From NCBI GenBank assembly GCA_038249015.1, contig JBBRWU010000001.1:1-41945 (forward strand): a stretch of 41,945 nucleotides of DNA, given 5' to 3'. Position numbers and translations under genes: made by a program. Of the stretch, positions 25,041-34,452 are shown one piece after another (the first letter of the stretch is position 1; every line of letters starts with the position of its first letter). This DNA comes from Candidatus Doudnabacteria bacterium. Lineage in GTDB: Bacteria > Patescibacteriota > Doudnabacteria > UBA920. The notes under the pieces were generated by a model that did no database searches, was not told where the DNA came from, and worked only from the letters and a program-made list of their open reading frames with translations.

Positions 25041-26432
25041 TCAGACATATAAATTAATTTTTTCCGATAAATATTTAACTAAGTCTTCAATTTTTACTCT
25101 GGGTTGTTGCTTAGTATCGCGGTCGCGGACGGTAACACAGTTGTCTTTTTCCACAGTGTCAAAGTCTACGGTAATGCAAAACGGCGTGCCGATTTCGTCC
25201 TGGCTATAATAGCGCTTACCCACGTTCCCCCGGTCATCCCAGGCTACGGTAAAATGTTTTTTGAGATTGTTATAAATTTCTCGCGCCTTACCGACTAATT
25301 GTTCTTTGTTTTTCAAAAGCGGAAAAACCGCGACTTTGTATGGCGCTAATTTTGCGGGAAGGCGAAGCACCACGTTTTCCGGATTACTGTCGTCAAACGC
25401 TTCACAGAGCACGGCGAGCACGCTTCTATCCACTCCCCAGGTGGGCTCTATACAGTGGGGTAATATTTTTTCCCCGGTTTGTGGGTCTGTGTAGCAAATA
25501 TCTTGCTTGGATGCTTCCATATGATTTTTCAAGTCAAAATCCGTCCTGTAAGCCAAACCGTAAAGCTCACTTACGCCAAACGGAAAATGATATTCAAAAT
25601 CTATGGTGCGCTTACTGTAATGCGCCAGCTCTTCTTTTGGCACTTCCAGTTCGTGAATATGTTCCCATTTAATTCCCAAAACGTCGGTAATCCAAGTTTT
25701 CATTTCGCTCCGCCACATTTCAAACACGTTATTCCACTCTTCGTCTTTTTGAGGCGGGCGGATGAAATACTCAATTTCCATTTGCTCAAATTCGCGCGTG
25801 CGGAAAATAAAATTCCCCGGGGTAATTTCGTTTCTAAAAGCCTTACCGATTTGGCCTATGCCAAACGGCAATTGTTTGCGCGATGTGTCCAAAACATTTT
25901 TAAAATCCACAAACATTGCTTGCGCCGTTTCCGGACGAAAGTATGCGAGGTTTGATTTTTCTTCTGATGGTCCAATAAATGTTTTAAACATTAAATTAAA
26001 ACTCGATGGCTCACTAAAATTTATTTGTGCATCCACTCCACAAATTGGGCATTTTGCTCCAGCTGATATTTTAAACTGAAATCCTCCAGACTGATTTTTT
26101 GAAGCCTCTATCCCAGGAATTTGATCAAACCTAAATCTATTATGGCATTTTTTACATTCCACCAAAGGATCGGAAAAATTCGCCAAATGCCCGCTGGCTT
26201 GCCAGACTTTGGTATTCATAATTAAAGCCGCGTCTATGCCAACCATATCGTCGCGTTGTTGAATAAACCGTTTCCACCATTCCTGCTTAATATTATTTTT
26301 TAATTCCACGCCCAAAGGCCCGTAGTCCCAACTATTGGCCATCCCGCCGTAAATTTCCGAGCCCGGGAAAACAAACCCGCGCCGTTTGCACAAACTTACT
26401 ATCTTCTCCATCAATTCATTTTTTTCAGCCAT
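25041..26432 (-). CDS. glyQS: Glycyl-tRNA synthetase, homodimeric (GlyQS) type
   Basis: Carries GSEIYGG, WDYGPLGVELKNN, FRNEITPGNFIFRTREFEQMEIEYF and GVDR. 463 aa. Confidence 0.95.
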   Translation of the reverse strand: MAEKNELMEKIVSLCKRRGFVFPGSEIYGGMANSWDYGPLGVELKNNIKQEWWKRFIQQRDDMVGIDAALIMNTKVWQASGHLANFSDPLVECKKCHNRFRFDQIPGIEASKNQSGGFQFKISAGAKCPICGVDAQINFSEPSSFNLMFKTFIGPSEEKSNLAYFRPETAQAMFVDFKNVLDTSRKQLPFGIGQIGKAFRNEITPGNFIFRTREFEQMEIEYFIRPPQKDEEWNNVFEMWRSEMKTWITDVLGIKWEHIHELEVPKEELAHYSKRTIDFEYHFPFGVSELYGLAYRTDFDLKNHMEASKQDICYTDPQTGEKILPHCIEPTWGVDRSVLAVLCEAFDDSNPENVVLRLPAKLAPYKVAVFPLLKNKEQLVGKAREIYNNLKKHFTVAWDDRGNVGKRYYSQDEIGTPFCITVDFDTVEKDNCVTVRDRDTKQQPRVKIEDLVKYLSEKINLYV

Positions 26433-26483
26433 TTTAATCTATTTAATTCTGCCTGAATTATATCATAAAACCCTTAATACTTA

Positions 26484-27644
26484 CTACTTATTCCCTACTT
26501 CTTTGTAATCTTTTACCATATCTCCAAAATAATCGTAAGTTATGGCGGTGCGGATTTTTTTCATTAAATTTAAATAAAAACGTAAGTTGTGCATGGTGGC
26601 CAAGCGTATAGCCAAAGGCTCGCCCGTGGCAAATAAATGGCGCAAATAACTTTTGGTATGATTCAAACACAAATAACAATCACATTGGTTATCTACCGTA
26701 GTAAAGTCTTCTTTGTATTTTTCCAAACGGATGTCCATGGTGCTATAGCCTTCTTTACCGTCTTGATCTTTCGCACTAATATACAACCGCCCATGACGCG
26801 CTTCCCTGGTCGGAATTACACAATCAAATGTATCGCAGCCGTGGCTTACTGCCTGTACTATATCAAACGGTGTGCCCACGCCCAAAAGATGCTTGGGCGA
26901 AGTTTCCGGCAAATGTGGAATACTGGCTTCCACGGCTTTCATCATTTCACTGTGTGGTTCACCCACTGCCACTCCGCCAATTGCAAAACCTTCAAAACCC
27001 AAACTCACCATATCTTTCGCCGACTGCTCGCGCAAATCCGGAAAAGATGCGCCCTGAACAATCCCCCACAATTTTTGGCCGGGATTTACCGGGTCGCCGT
27101 CTATTATAATTTTTTGATACTCTTTGATTGCTCGCTCTGCCCAGCGCTTGGTAAGCGCAATGGATTCCTTGCTTCTTTCATATTCAAACGGGTAGCCGGG
27201 AAAATCGTCCAGAATAAGACAAATATCACTACCAAGATTGGCCTGAATGTCTATGCTTTTTTCGGGAGATAAAATTTCCGTGCGCCCGTCCATATCGAAC
27301 TGAAACACCACGCCCCCTTCCCCCACTTTGCGCGTTTTTGCCAAAGAATAAACCTGAAAACCTCCACTGTCGGTAAATATCGGTCCTTTCCAATTCATAA
27401 ACCCATGGAGTCCGCCGGCTTTATAAATAAGCGCGTCGCCCGGACGTTGCCACAAATGATAAGTATTGGCCAGCACCATTTCCGCGCCCCAAAATTTTAA
27501 CTCCTCGGAGGTGACGGACTTTACCGCGCCCTTGGTGCCAATCGGCAAAAACGCCGGTGTATTTATATCCCCGTGCGCGGTATGAATTATTCCGGTGCGA
27601 GCTTTATTTGTTCCATCGGATTTTAATATATCAAAATAAGGCAT
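26484..27644 (-). CDS. tgt: Queuine tRNA-ribosyltransferase
   Basis: Carries TPAFLPIGT, FTDSGGFQV, GFAIGG and the zinc site CDCYLC..H. Confidence 0.95.
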   Translation of the reverse strand: MPYFDILKSDGTNKARTGIIHTAHGDINTPAFLPIGTKGAVKSVTSEELKFWGAEMVLANTYHLWQRPGDALIYKAGGLHGFMNWKGPIFTDSGGFQVYSLAKTRKVGEGGVVFQFDMDGRTEILSPEKSIDIQANLGSDICLILDDFPGYPFEYERSKESIALTKRWAERAIKEYQKIIIDGDPVNPGQKLWGIVQGASFPDLREQSAKDMVSLGFEGFAIGGVAVGEPHSEMMKAVEASIPHLPETSPKHLLGVGTPFDIVQAVSHGCDTFDCVIPTREARHGRLYISAKDQDGKEGYSTMDIRLEKYKEDFTTVDNQCDCYLCLNHTKSYLRHLFATGEPLAIRLATMHNLRFYLNLMKKIRTAITYDYFGDMVKDYKEVGNK

Positions 27645-27723
27645 AGGGGTAGTATAACTTATTCGCCCAGTTAAATAAAACCTTTAGATTTTGATTTGCA
27701 ACGCAAATCATTTATAGGGTGAT

Positions 27724-27871
27724 ATAGTGGTGGTATTCTAAAATTAACTCTTTGTTTTCCATCCCGAATGCATCTGAGGGATCTCTTTGTGCTTGTTTAC
27801 ACAATGATTAACAGATTTTTCTCTCGGATGACACTGCCTCGAAATGGTTGTATTTAGAACGCTACCACTAT
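27724..27871. repeat. MITE-like or structured-RNA-like element at the tgt-proximal border of the island
   Basis: Imperfect 19-nt terminal inverted repeats atagtggtggtattctaaa (27724-27742) and tttagaacgctaccactat (27853-27871), 16 of 19 complementary. Two of the three mismatches would be G-U pairs on the plus strand. Internal hairpins are present. Confidence 0.4.
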
Positions 27872-27894
27872 ACATAGTCCTTTACATAAGCCCA

Positions 27895-29064
27895 TTACCG
27901 ATTTCCTTTTGCTCGGTTATGTGTTTTGCACAGCATCTCACAATTCTTGGCTGAAGTTGCGCCACCTTTACTCCAGGCCGCTACATGATCGGCTTCCATT
28001 TCGGAAAAATTCCAAATCTTATCCTTGTTAGCATCATGACCAATAGCACAGTGTGAGCAGTTCGATATACTCTTAGTTTCGGCTTTAGTAGTTTGTGTTG
28101 AGTAAACAGTTTTCTTAGTTGCTTCGTCAAAGACCCTAACGTCAAGCAATTTTGTGTCATCGGAACCACCGAGGATATACTCAAAAATACCTTTGCGATT
28201 TTTGACATACGGATCACCATAGAGTTTACGCATCTCTTTTGACACTTTCGTCGGGTTATAAGCTGTCTTATGATACACCTCATACAGTCGCCCCCATTCT
28301 AGTCCACGCATCTCACTCTCTACATCTACAAATACACCAGACACCCAATCAATCACACTGCTGAAATACTTTTTCAACTCGGTAATATTTTTTTCAAAAC
28401 GATGACTGCTCATATAATCGCCAATATTGCTTTTACTTACCCAATCAAGCGCGCATTCCAAAAAATCTTGCCTGTTGGCGCTACCCGACACATACGCACT
28501 CCATTTTTGGATATTGGAGTTTTGGCTATTGCTAAATTCCTCCTTACCGAGCGTCACAAATGGTCCTGAATACACGGCATTGAGCAACTCTTGAGGATTA
28601 AGTGGAACACCGGCAATATTGATTGTTCTAAACCATTCTTTTATCTGACTTTCTGTCCCTTCGCATTCATAGATGAGCAATTTTGTTTCCAAAATCTTGG
28701 TTTTCTTGTCTTTAGCCATACCGCTAAAATTTTGTGGATTTCCGTTCTCGTCTTTGATAGCAAATTTATCAGTCACAAAACGTCCAACACTAGTGATGCG
28801 CTGTTGCCCGTCCAAAACTTCCAGATTGTTTAGAGATACCTGATTAAAATAAATTAAACCTATTGGGTAACCTTTGAGTATTGAGTCAATAACGGCAATC
28901 TCTCTTTTTCCGCCATCTGAAGCATAAATATAGTTGCGCTGATACTCCGGCTGAATAGTGAGCTTGCCAGACAAGCCGAATAATCCTTTGCCCTCCAGTT
29001 CGTTATAGACGAACCCTTCGCAAATATCTTTGACAGTGATGTCAGTTTTTAAAATTGTTTTCAT
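27895..29064 (-). CDS. DUF262 (ParB/Srx-like NTPase, GmrSD N-domain type) fused to a C-terminal HNH nuclease
   Basis: [11 protein letters not shown] and LDGQQRITS are DUF262 hallmarks. The C-terminus CSHC...[31 protein letters not shown] is HNH. The start is taken at MKTILKT; the track ORF extends to 29115. Confidence 0.8.
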   Translation of the reverse strand: MKTILKTDITVKDICEGFVYNELEGKGLFGLSGKLTIQPEYQRNYIYASDGGKREIAVIDSILKGYPIGLIYFNQVSLNNLEVLDGQQRITSVGRFVTDKFAIKDENGNPQNFSGMAKDKKTKILETKLLIYECEGTESQIKEWFRTINIAGVPLNPQELLNAVYSGPFVTLGKEEFSNSQNSNIQKWSAYVSGSANRQDFLECALDWVSKSNIGDYMSSHRFEKNITELKKYFSSVIDWVSGVFVDVESEMRGLEWGRLYEVYHKTAYNPTKVSKEMRKLYGDPYVKNRKGIFEYILGGSDDTKLLDVRVFDEATKKTVYSTQTTKAETKSISNCSHCAIGHDANKDKIWNFSEMEADHVAAWSKGGATSAKNCEMLCKTHNRAKGNR

Positions 29065-29141
29065 AATATTAAAATTTTTATTAATTTTTATCTTTTGTTT
29101 TTTTCTCAACTGCACTAATTGGTGGTTTTGCTTTTTTCATG

Positions 29142-30323
29142 TTATTTTTTCTCAATTCGCTTCTCGCGGAAAGCGTCGTCAAATATTTCATAATAATCGG
29201 CATAGATATATTTCTGTCCATAATCCGCATCGCCAAGAGGCTCAAGGATTTTTAGACCCTTGAGTCGTTCAATCACATTGTACGCTCCTGGAGCAGTGAA
29301 GCCCGTCCACTTCATTATTTCTGCCACACCGACGATCGGTTGACCAAACAACTTACGCACTATCTCTAGTGTGGACTCAGCCGATTTTTTGCCAAGTTTG
29401 TGCATTTTAGCAAAATCGCGGTCCCGCAGTGCAGTGATTTTTGTGCAAGTTTCAATAGAAGAGTTGGCAATTTCTGCGACACCTTCAAGGAAAAATTCCA
29501 ACCAGCCGTCAATATCTGCATCTTCGTCATGGTATGCCTGCAATTTTTGGTAATACAGCTTTTGGTATTTCTTGAAGTAGTTAGAGAGATACAGCACAGG
29601 CAATTCTAAAAGTTTTGCATGTTGAATATACATAGCAATGAGCATTCGCCCAGTTCGACCATTTCCATCAGTGAACGGGTGGATAGTCTCAAACTGTGCA
29701 TGTAAAAGTCCTGCTTTCACCAATGAAGGATATTCATCCTTCGCATGAATAAATTTTTCAAGGTCATCAAGAGATCTGTGCATATCATCAGGCGCAGGAG
29801 GCACAAAAGATGCATCAGCTGGAGTTTTCCCTCCAATCCAATTTTGACTATAGCGAAACTCACCCGGATATGCATGCTGGGTCGAACGCGCGCTGGTCAT
29901 TAACTTTTTATGAATTTCTTTTATCAATCGTAAAGAGATTGGCAATGTTTCTATTCTCTTCATTCCATAGTTAACGGCTTCAACATAGTGGATAATATCA
30001 TCAACATCGGGATGTTGGCGTGATTTTTCTTCTGTAACAGAAGCAGCGACTGCATCTTGTAAGGTTGCTTGAGTTCCTTCAATTTGACTGGAGTATGTTG
30101 CATCCTTTTTTATGAACATTAAAAGGAAAAAATCTTTATCCGGCAAAAGTTGCGTAATGCCATCAAGTTTACCAACAAGCCTGATTGCTTCTTCATGTTT
30201 CTTGTAGAGTCTAGGACTAATGACAAAACCACCCTTTGGAGGAAACTCAAAAGGGGTAAAGGCTCGAAAACCCTCTTTTTGGACTATATATTGGCCTATT
30301 TTCAGTTTGTTTATGTTGTTCAT
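29142..30323 (-). CDS. Fic-family protein (class II, putative AMP-transferase) with a C-terminal wHTH-like region
   Basis: The canonical Fic motif HPFTDGNGRTGR is present. The N-terminal inhibitory-helix motif SSQIEG matches (S/T)xxxE(G/N). Confidence 0.9.
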   Translation of the reverse strand: MNNINKLKIGQYIVQKEGFRAFTPFEFPPKGGFVISPRLYKKHEEAIRLVGKLDGITQLLPDKDFFLLMFIKKDATYSSQIEGTQATLQDAVAASVTEEKSRQHPDVDDIIHYVEAVNYGMKRIETLPISLRLIKEIHKKLMTSARSTQHAYPGEFRYSQNWIGGKTPADASFVPPAPDDMHRSLDDLEKFIHAKDEYPSLVKAGLLHAQFETIHPFTDGNGRTGRMLIAMYIQHAKLLELPVLYLSNYFKKYQKLYYQKLQAYHDEDADIDGWLEFFLEGVAEIANSSIETCTKITALRDRDFAKMHKLGKKSAESTLEIVRKLFGQPIVGVAEIMKWTGFTAPGAYNVIERLKGLKILEPLGDADYGQKYIYADYYEIFDDAFREKRIEKK

Positions 30324-30335
30324 ATAGATATAAAC

Positions 30336-30364
30336 ATATTATGCTATTTCGTTTATATTTGCAA
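30336..30364 (-). promoter_or_regulatory. Candidate promoter for the fic gene, TTGCAA-17 nt-TAATAT
   Basis: On the minus strand, TTGCAA is at 30364-30359 and TAATAT at 30341-30336, about 13 nt upstream of the fic ATG. Confidence 0.4.
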
Positions 30365-30402
30365 GTCTAATGTCAACTCTTTAAATATCGTTAAATCTTG
30401 CC

Positions 30403-30483
30403 TCACGATACCTTTTCAATCCTCGGCTGACCATTGTCGCCTTCATAGATTATAATTTCACCGATTTGATTGTCTTTTTTCAT
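30403..30483 (-). pseudogene. Possible N-terminal relic of a RhuM-like gene overlapping the 3' end of the RloC-like gene
   Basis: MKKDNQIGEIIIYEGDNGQPRIEKVS* resembles the conserved RhuM N-terminus (GEI.iYq..dg...iev). It stops after 26 codons. Confidence 0.3.
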
Positions 30484-32671
30484 ATTTTCTATAATTATTA
30501 TGCCAATAAGCACTGAAATGTTCACTGGCATTATTATTACCAAAAAGTTTTTGTAACATTGTTTTGATTTCATCTTTCGTCCTCCCATTTTGCTCTGCCT
30601 CCAAATCGTCAATTGAGTGTTGATTGACATCGTAAAGTTTTTTAACGCCAAGATTATTTTCAAAAAACTTATCTATACCAATAGAATTAAATTTCATATA
30701 AGTTTCGCAAATCTTCCTGAATGGATTTAGCATTATGTCTGCAGTAGCGTTATCTTCTTCATATAAAAATTGTATTTCTTTCCACAATAATTCATAGTTC
30801 GTCTTAAAATCTTGCTTGCCATTTTCAATACTTTTAATGCTTGCATGCTTGCCATCAGAAAGCAGACAATAATTACCATATTTTTCATAAAAACTAATTT
30901 CTTTATCGTTGCACTTATATTTTGTCGCCGTGTTTGGGCGAACATTTAGATAAAAATGGCAATTATGTGTTAAAAAAAGAAAATAGTTGCCATCATTAAG
31001 ATTTCTATAAAATTTTTGGATTTCACTGATCATTAAATATTGCATTGTGTCATCGTTGCTCGTCATCGGATCGTCAAAAACAACAATTTTTGGTTTACTA
31101 CTACCACTATCAACTTTTTCGAGAGAAAAAATAAAATATAAAAACGCAATAATATTTTTCTCTCCTTTGCTTAACTTCGTTATGTGTCGTACGTCACCAT
31201 CATGACCCTTGATTTTATATTGTCCTTTTTGACTTTCATCAGTATCGGTTACCAATTCAATAGAAAATGAACACGCGCCCATATTTTTCAAAAGTTCATT
31301 TATTTTTCTAGCAATTTCCTTTTCATCTTTTGTTTGCGAAATAAGATCACTTTTTTCTATTTGCCTTGCGACTAATTCTCCCTTTTTATCATTAAGTGCT
31401 TTTTCCGCCCCATCTCTACTGGTTTTCAAGGTTGATATTTTCCAGTTTTCTTCATCATACTTAAAAGTATTCAACGCTTTTTTAACTTCATGAAAACGCA
31501 AGACATTTTTTGCAGTTTCTTGCTCATTGTTTAAGTTCTTTGAAAAAAGATTATTTTTATCAACTATTTTTTCATAGTCAGTTTTAACACTACTGAAATC
31601 AGGTAGCGCTATATCAGTCAATGACTTTGATAGGGTAAACAAATTCTTCTTTTTATCTTCCAGTGCTTTGTTCAAATTACCAAGAAAAGTTTTATGTTCT
31701 CCTTTGGTATTTTTAATCTGTAAATTGATATTTTTTATTTGGTCGCCAAACTTATCATAAAAATCACCCCTGTTGATCTCCCGTAAAAAGTCTATATTTT
31801 TAAGTTCGGAATCTATTTTCTTGAGCTCATCATCAATACCGGTTTCTAACTTTTTTACTTCGTCATTAAAATAACCACCGAGCAGTTTCCATCGGTCATC
31901 ACTAATTTCATTCCCACAAAAAGCACACTTCTCGTCATTCTCGTGCTGGTGTATACGCAAACCTTCTCGCGCAAAATTTTGCTTATCTGTATTGCCTTGT
32001 AATTCAGAAATAATTTGCTGTTGAAAAACCTTTGATTGTAAAATCGTATTTGTTGATTTTTGATAATCAGACAGTATAATTTCTGGAAAATTTATTTTAG
32101 AGACATCATTTTTCTTTTCTGATTTTATAGTTTCATTGTGCTTTTTTATATCATCACTAGAAAGTAACTCTGCACTACTAATTTCTTCTTTAAATGAATT
32201 TTTATCATAACTTGTTTTTGCAATTTGTGGATTTGTCTGATTTTTTATTATCTGTGCGGAGTCACTATAAAATTTCTCTATTTTATTAGATTGTTCTTTG
32301 TACTTTTTATCCGCTCGTTCTAATTTTATAAAGATATTTTCAGACTTATCTACTGGTTGCTCAATTTCCTTTTTGATATTTACAATTTCAACATCAACCG
32401 CATCAATTTTTGTTTGAATTTTAGTATTTTCTGTCCCTAATGCAACTGCCTCTAATCGTTCATTTTCACCAACAACGCCATCGAAGCCACTAAAAATACA
32501 GACTTGATAACTATCTTGCTGTTGCGATTTTATTGTATCAGCAATAGTAGTTTTACCTGTACCATTTTTCCCAAAGATAAAATTGATTTTCTTTGTTAGT
32601 AAAAGTTCTCTGCTTTTGTTCGCAAATCTTTCTGGAAAACTTTCTAAATTTATTTTTAGTGAAGTTTCCAT
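30458..32671 (-). CDS. RloC/PrrC-like AAA_13 ATPase with coiled-coil zinc hook and an anticodon-nuclease-like C-terminal region
   Basis: Walker A FGKNGTGKTT, a long K/E-rich coiled coil with CAFCGNEI (CxxC hook), Walker B IVVFDDPMTSND, and a C-terminal NPFRKICETY...NQHS (Arg-Glu-His pattern as in PrrC/RloC). The start at METSLK (32671) lies 1 nt after the methyltransferase stop. Confidence 0.7.
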   Translation of the reverse strand: METSLKINLESFPERFANKSRELLLTKKINFIFGKNGTGKTTIADTIKSQQQDSYQVCIFSGFDGVVGENERLEAVALGTENTKIQTKIDAVDVEIVNIKKEIEQPVDKSENIFIKLERADKKYKEQSNKIEKFYSDSAQIIKNQTNPQIAKTSYDKNSFKEEISSAELLSSDDIKKHNETIKSEKKNDVSKINFPEIILSDYQKSTNTILQSKVFQQQIISELQGNTDKQNFAREGLRIHQHENDEKCAFCGNEISDDRWKLLGGYFNDEVKKLETGIDDELKKIDSELKNIDFLREINRGDFYDKFGDQIKNINLQIKNTKGEHKTFLGNLNKALEDKKKNLFTLSKSLTDIALPDFSSVKTDYEKIVDKNNLFSKNLNNEQETAKNVLRFHEVKKALNTFKYDEENWKISTLKTSRDGAEKALNDKKGELVARQIEKSDLISQTKDEKEIARKINELLKNMGACSFSIELVTDTDESQKGQYKIKGHDGDVRHITKLSKGEKNIIAFLYFIFSLEKVDSGSSKPKIVVFDDPMTSNDDTMQYLMISEIQKFYRNLNDGNYFLFLTHNCHFYLNVRPNTATKYKCNDKEISFYEKYGNYCLLSDGKHASIKSIENGKQDFKTNYELLWKEIQFLYEEDNATADIMLNPFRKICETYMKFNSIGIDKFFENNLGVKKLYDVNQHSIDDLEAEQNGRTKDEIKTMLQKLFGNNNASEHFSAYWHNNYRKYEKRQSNR

Positions 32672-32672
32672 A

Positions 32673-33860
32673 CTATTTACGTTTAATAAAAATTCTCTTA
32701 TACACCATCTTTGCAACGTTATTTTCATAGCAACCAGCTGTTGGATTACCTTCCTTGTATGCTCCAGTACCGCCAGCTTTATAATAATCATCAACAAATT
32801 TTTTTGTTAAACCTGGTGTTTTCTTAAACTTAGCGTCAACAAGGCCATTATCACTTGTTCCTAAAATTTCAAATTGATCAGGATTGTATTTGTCTAGGAA
32901 ACTAATCGGCACACCCATTACACCGTCATAGTCACTGGGGATATTTTTAACCAGTGCTATCTCAACGGCATTGTAATTATCATACTTATCAAATGATTTT
33001 TTGGTACTAAATTTTATCACATCAGCTTTAGTCATAAGCGGAATTGATTGGTGTAATCGTCCATGGTCAAGGTTGGTAAACCAACGAACACCCTGTACTC
33101 TAGTAATATAAACTTTTCTGCCGTCCTCATTTGTCTTTATTTCACGAACCTGGTCCAGATTGGCAATAGCTTCTGGAATTTCATAAAACATTGCTCCGCC
33201 ATTAACTCTTGCATTGTTGCCGAGCCAAACCCTGTTCTCTTTTATTAGTGGAAAGATTTCTTTATACGTAATGGCGTTAAGATTGCCAATGATTAAAAAT
33301 TTTTTCTTGTACTCAAAAAGTTGCTTCACATATTCGCGAAACAGACTGAACGGCGGATTTGTTACCACGATGTCGGATTGTTTAAGTAGATTTATACATT
33401 CATCACTACGAAAGTCGCCGTCGCCATCCAGTGGCATCCATTCGTTGTGCTTGTTTGCCTTTAACTGCTGGGCAATGTCCTTCAAGTTGAACTCGCCGTC
33501 ACCGTCTATGTCGCGCACTTCGTTTATAATAAATTTGTTAGCATTTACCTTGGGACGGCCTTTTAATTTTGTGAGAGTTTTGTCATCGCCAAACAAGCTT
33601 AACTGTGTGTTGGCTACAGGTGAGGGTTTGTAGCTCGTAGTGATAAGCTGTTTCAATCCAAGTTTATTAAAATTGAGCACGAAATAGCGAAAAAAATTGC
33701 TCTCAAACGGATCGTCGCAGTTGCAATAAACCACCTTGTCGCGGAATACATCGGAATTATAATCCAGATACGCTTCAATCTCTTTCTGGATATCACCGTA
33801 CTGGGTATAAAACTCGTCATTCTTTGCTCTTTTTGCGTTTGTAAGATTTTTGTTAGCCAT
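32673..33860 (-). CDS. N6-adenine DNA methyltransferase (NPPF motif), resembling the EcoRI-methylase-like family
   Basis: Contains KNDEFYTQY, VVYCNCDDPFESNF and IVVTNPPFSLFREY. The start is taken at MANKNL (33860); the longer track ORF adds an implausible leader. Confidence 0.7.
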   Translation of the reverse strand: MANKNLTNAKRAKNDEFYTQYGDIQKEIEAYLDYNSDVFRDKVVYCNCDDPFESNFFRYFVLNFNKLGLKQLITTSYKPSPVANTQLSLFGDDKTLTKLKGRPKVNANKFIINEVRDIDGDGEFNLKDIAQQLKANKHNEWMPLDGDGDFRSDECINLLKQSDIVVTNPPFSLFREYVKQLFEYKKKFLIIGNLNAITYKEIFPLIKENRVWLGNNARVNGGAMFYEIPEAIANLDQVREIKTNEDGRKVYITRVQGVRWFTNLDHGRLHQSIPLMTKADVIKFSTKKSFDKYDNYNAVEIALVKNIPSDYDGVMGVPISFLDKYNPDQFEILGTSDNGLVDAKFKKTPGLTKKFVDDYYKAGGTGAYKEGNPTAGCYENNVAKMVYKRIFIKRK

Positions 33861-33963
33861 AATTATTTTCTCTTTATTAAACCATACGCCAAAACGAAAT
33901 GTTGATTGCCTTATGTAAATTTTTATTCGAAAATTTATTTGTCCATAAAAACTCACAACTAAA

Positions 33964-34452
33964 TTACAGGTTAATATACGCCAAAGATTTTTTTAATTCT
34001 TTTTCTATTTCCTCTTGTGTTGGTAATTCTTCCAATTTAATTTTATCTTCTTTGCTATAAAAAGAATTATATACGTCTTTACTTTGCTCGCCTAAATTTT
34101 CAAATACGCCTTCTGGTAAATCGTCTATAGTTTTAAGATTGTGCTTTTCCAAGTACAAATCTATAACCATTTCCTGCATAAAATAATTTACGTCAAATAT
34201 TCTACGCCTTCGCGCCGCGGCAGCTCGTTTGGTTTTAAATCCTTCCTGATATTTATACGCCCATATAGCGCAATCTTCACAAACCATTTTGGGTTTATTG
34301 GTATAGGCATCTAAAATCGAGCCGATTCTTTCAAATTTCTTACGGCAATAATAGCAAGGCTTATCTTGCATTTGTGACTTATGCCCTTTGTCAGAATTAT
34401 TGCGAAAATATTTAAACTTAATTTGTGATAAAATTTCTTCTTTATCCGACAT
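33964..34452 (-). CDS. Hypothetical Zn-ribbon protein, first gene of the island
   Basis: 162 aa with CYYC...CEDC (a four-Cys pair), a basic stretch KRAAAARRRR and an acidic C-terminus. No family is recognised. Confidence 0.55.
   Translation of the reverse strand: MSDKEEILSQIKFKYFRNNSDKGHKSQMQDKPCYYCRKKFERIGSILDAYTNKPKMVCEDCAIWAYKYQEGFKTKRAAAARRRRIFDVNYFMQEMVIDLYLEKHNLKTIDDLPEGVFENLGEQSKDVYNSFYSKEDKIKLEELPTQEEIEKELKKSLAYINL

Noticed and set aside
25479-27272. Long plus-strand ORFs (for example 25479-25955 and 26637-27272; also 33214-33633 and 37558-37944)
   Set aside because: They lie entirely antisense to strongly supported genes (glyQS, tgt, the methyltransferase, pnp). Their translations are low-complexity with no motifs, so they are shadow ORFs.
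27645-27723. preQ1-type riboswitch upstream of tgt
   Set aside because: There is a superficial resemblance (gttctaaatacaacc), but the conserved preQ1-I core and A-rich tail arrangement are not present. In addition, tgt is not a typical preQ1-regulated gene.
30458-32797. The 42-codon N-terminal extension of the RloC-like ORF and the 32-codon extension of the methyltransferase ORF (to 33956)
   Set aside because: The extensions overlap the upstream gene or encode implausible hydrophobic leaders. Internal ATGs (32671, 33860) sit just upstream of the first conserved motifs and give compact gene spacing.
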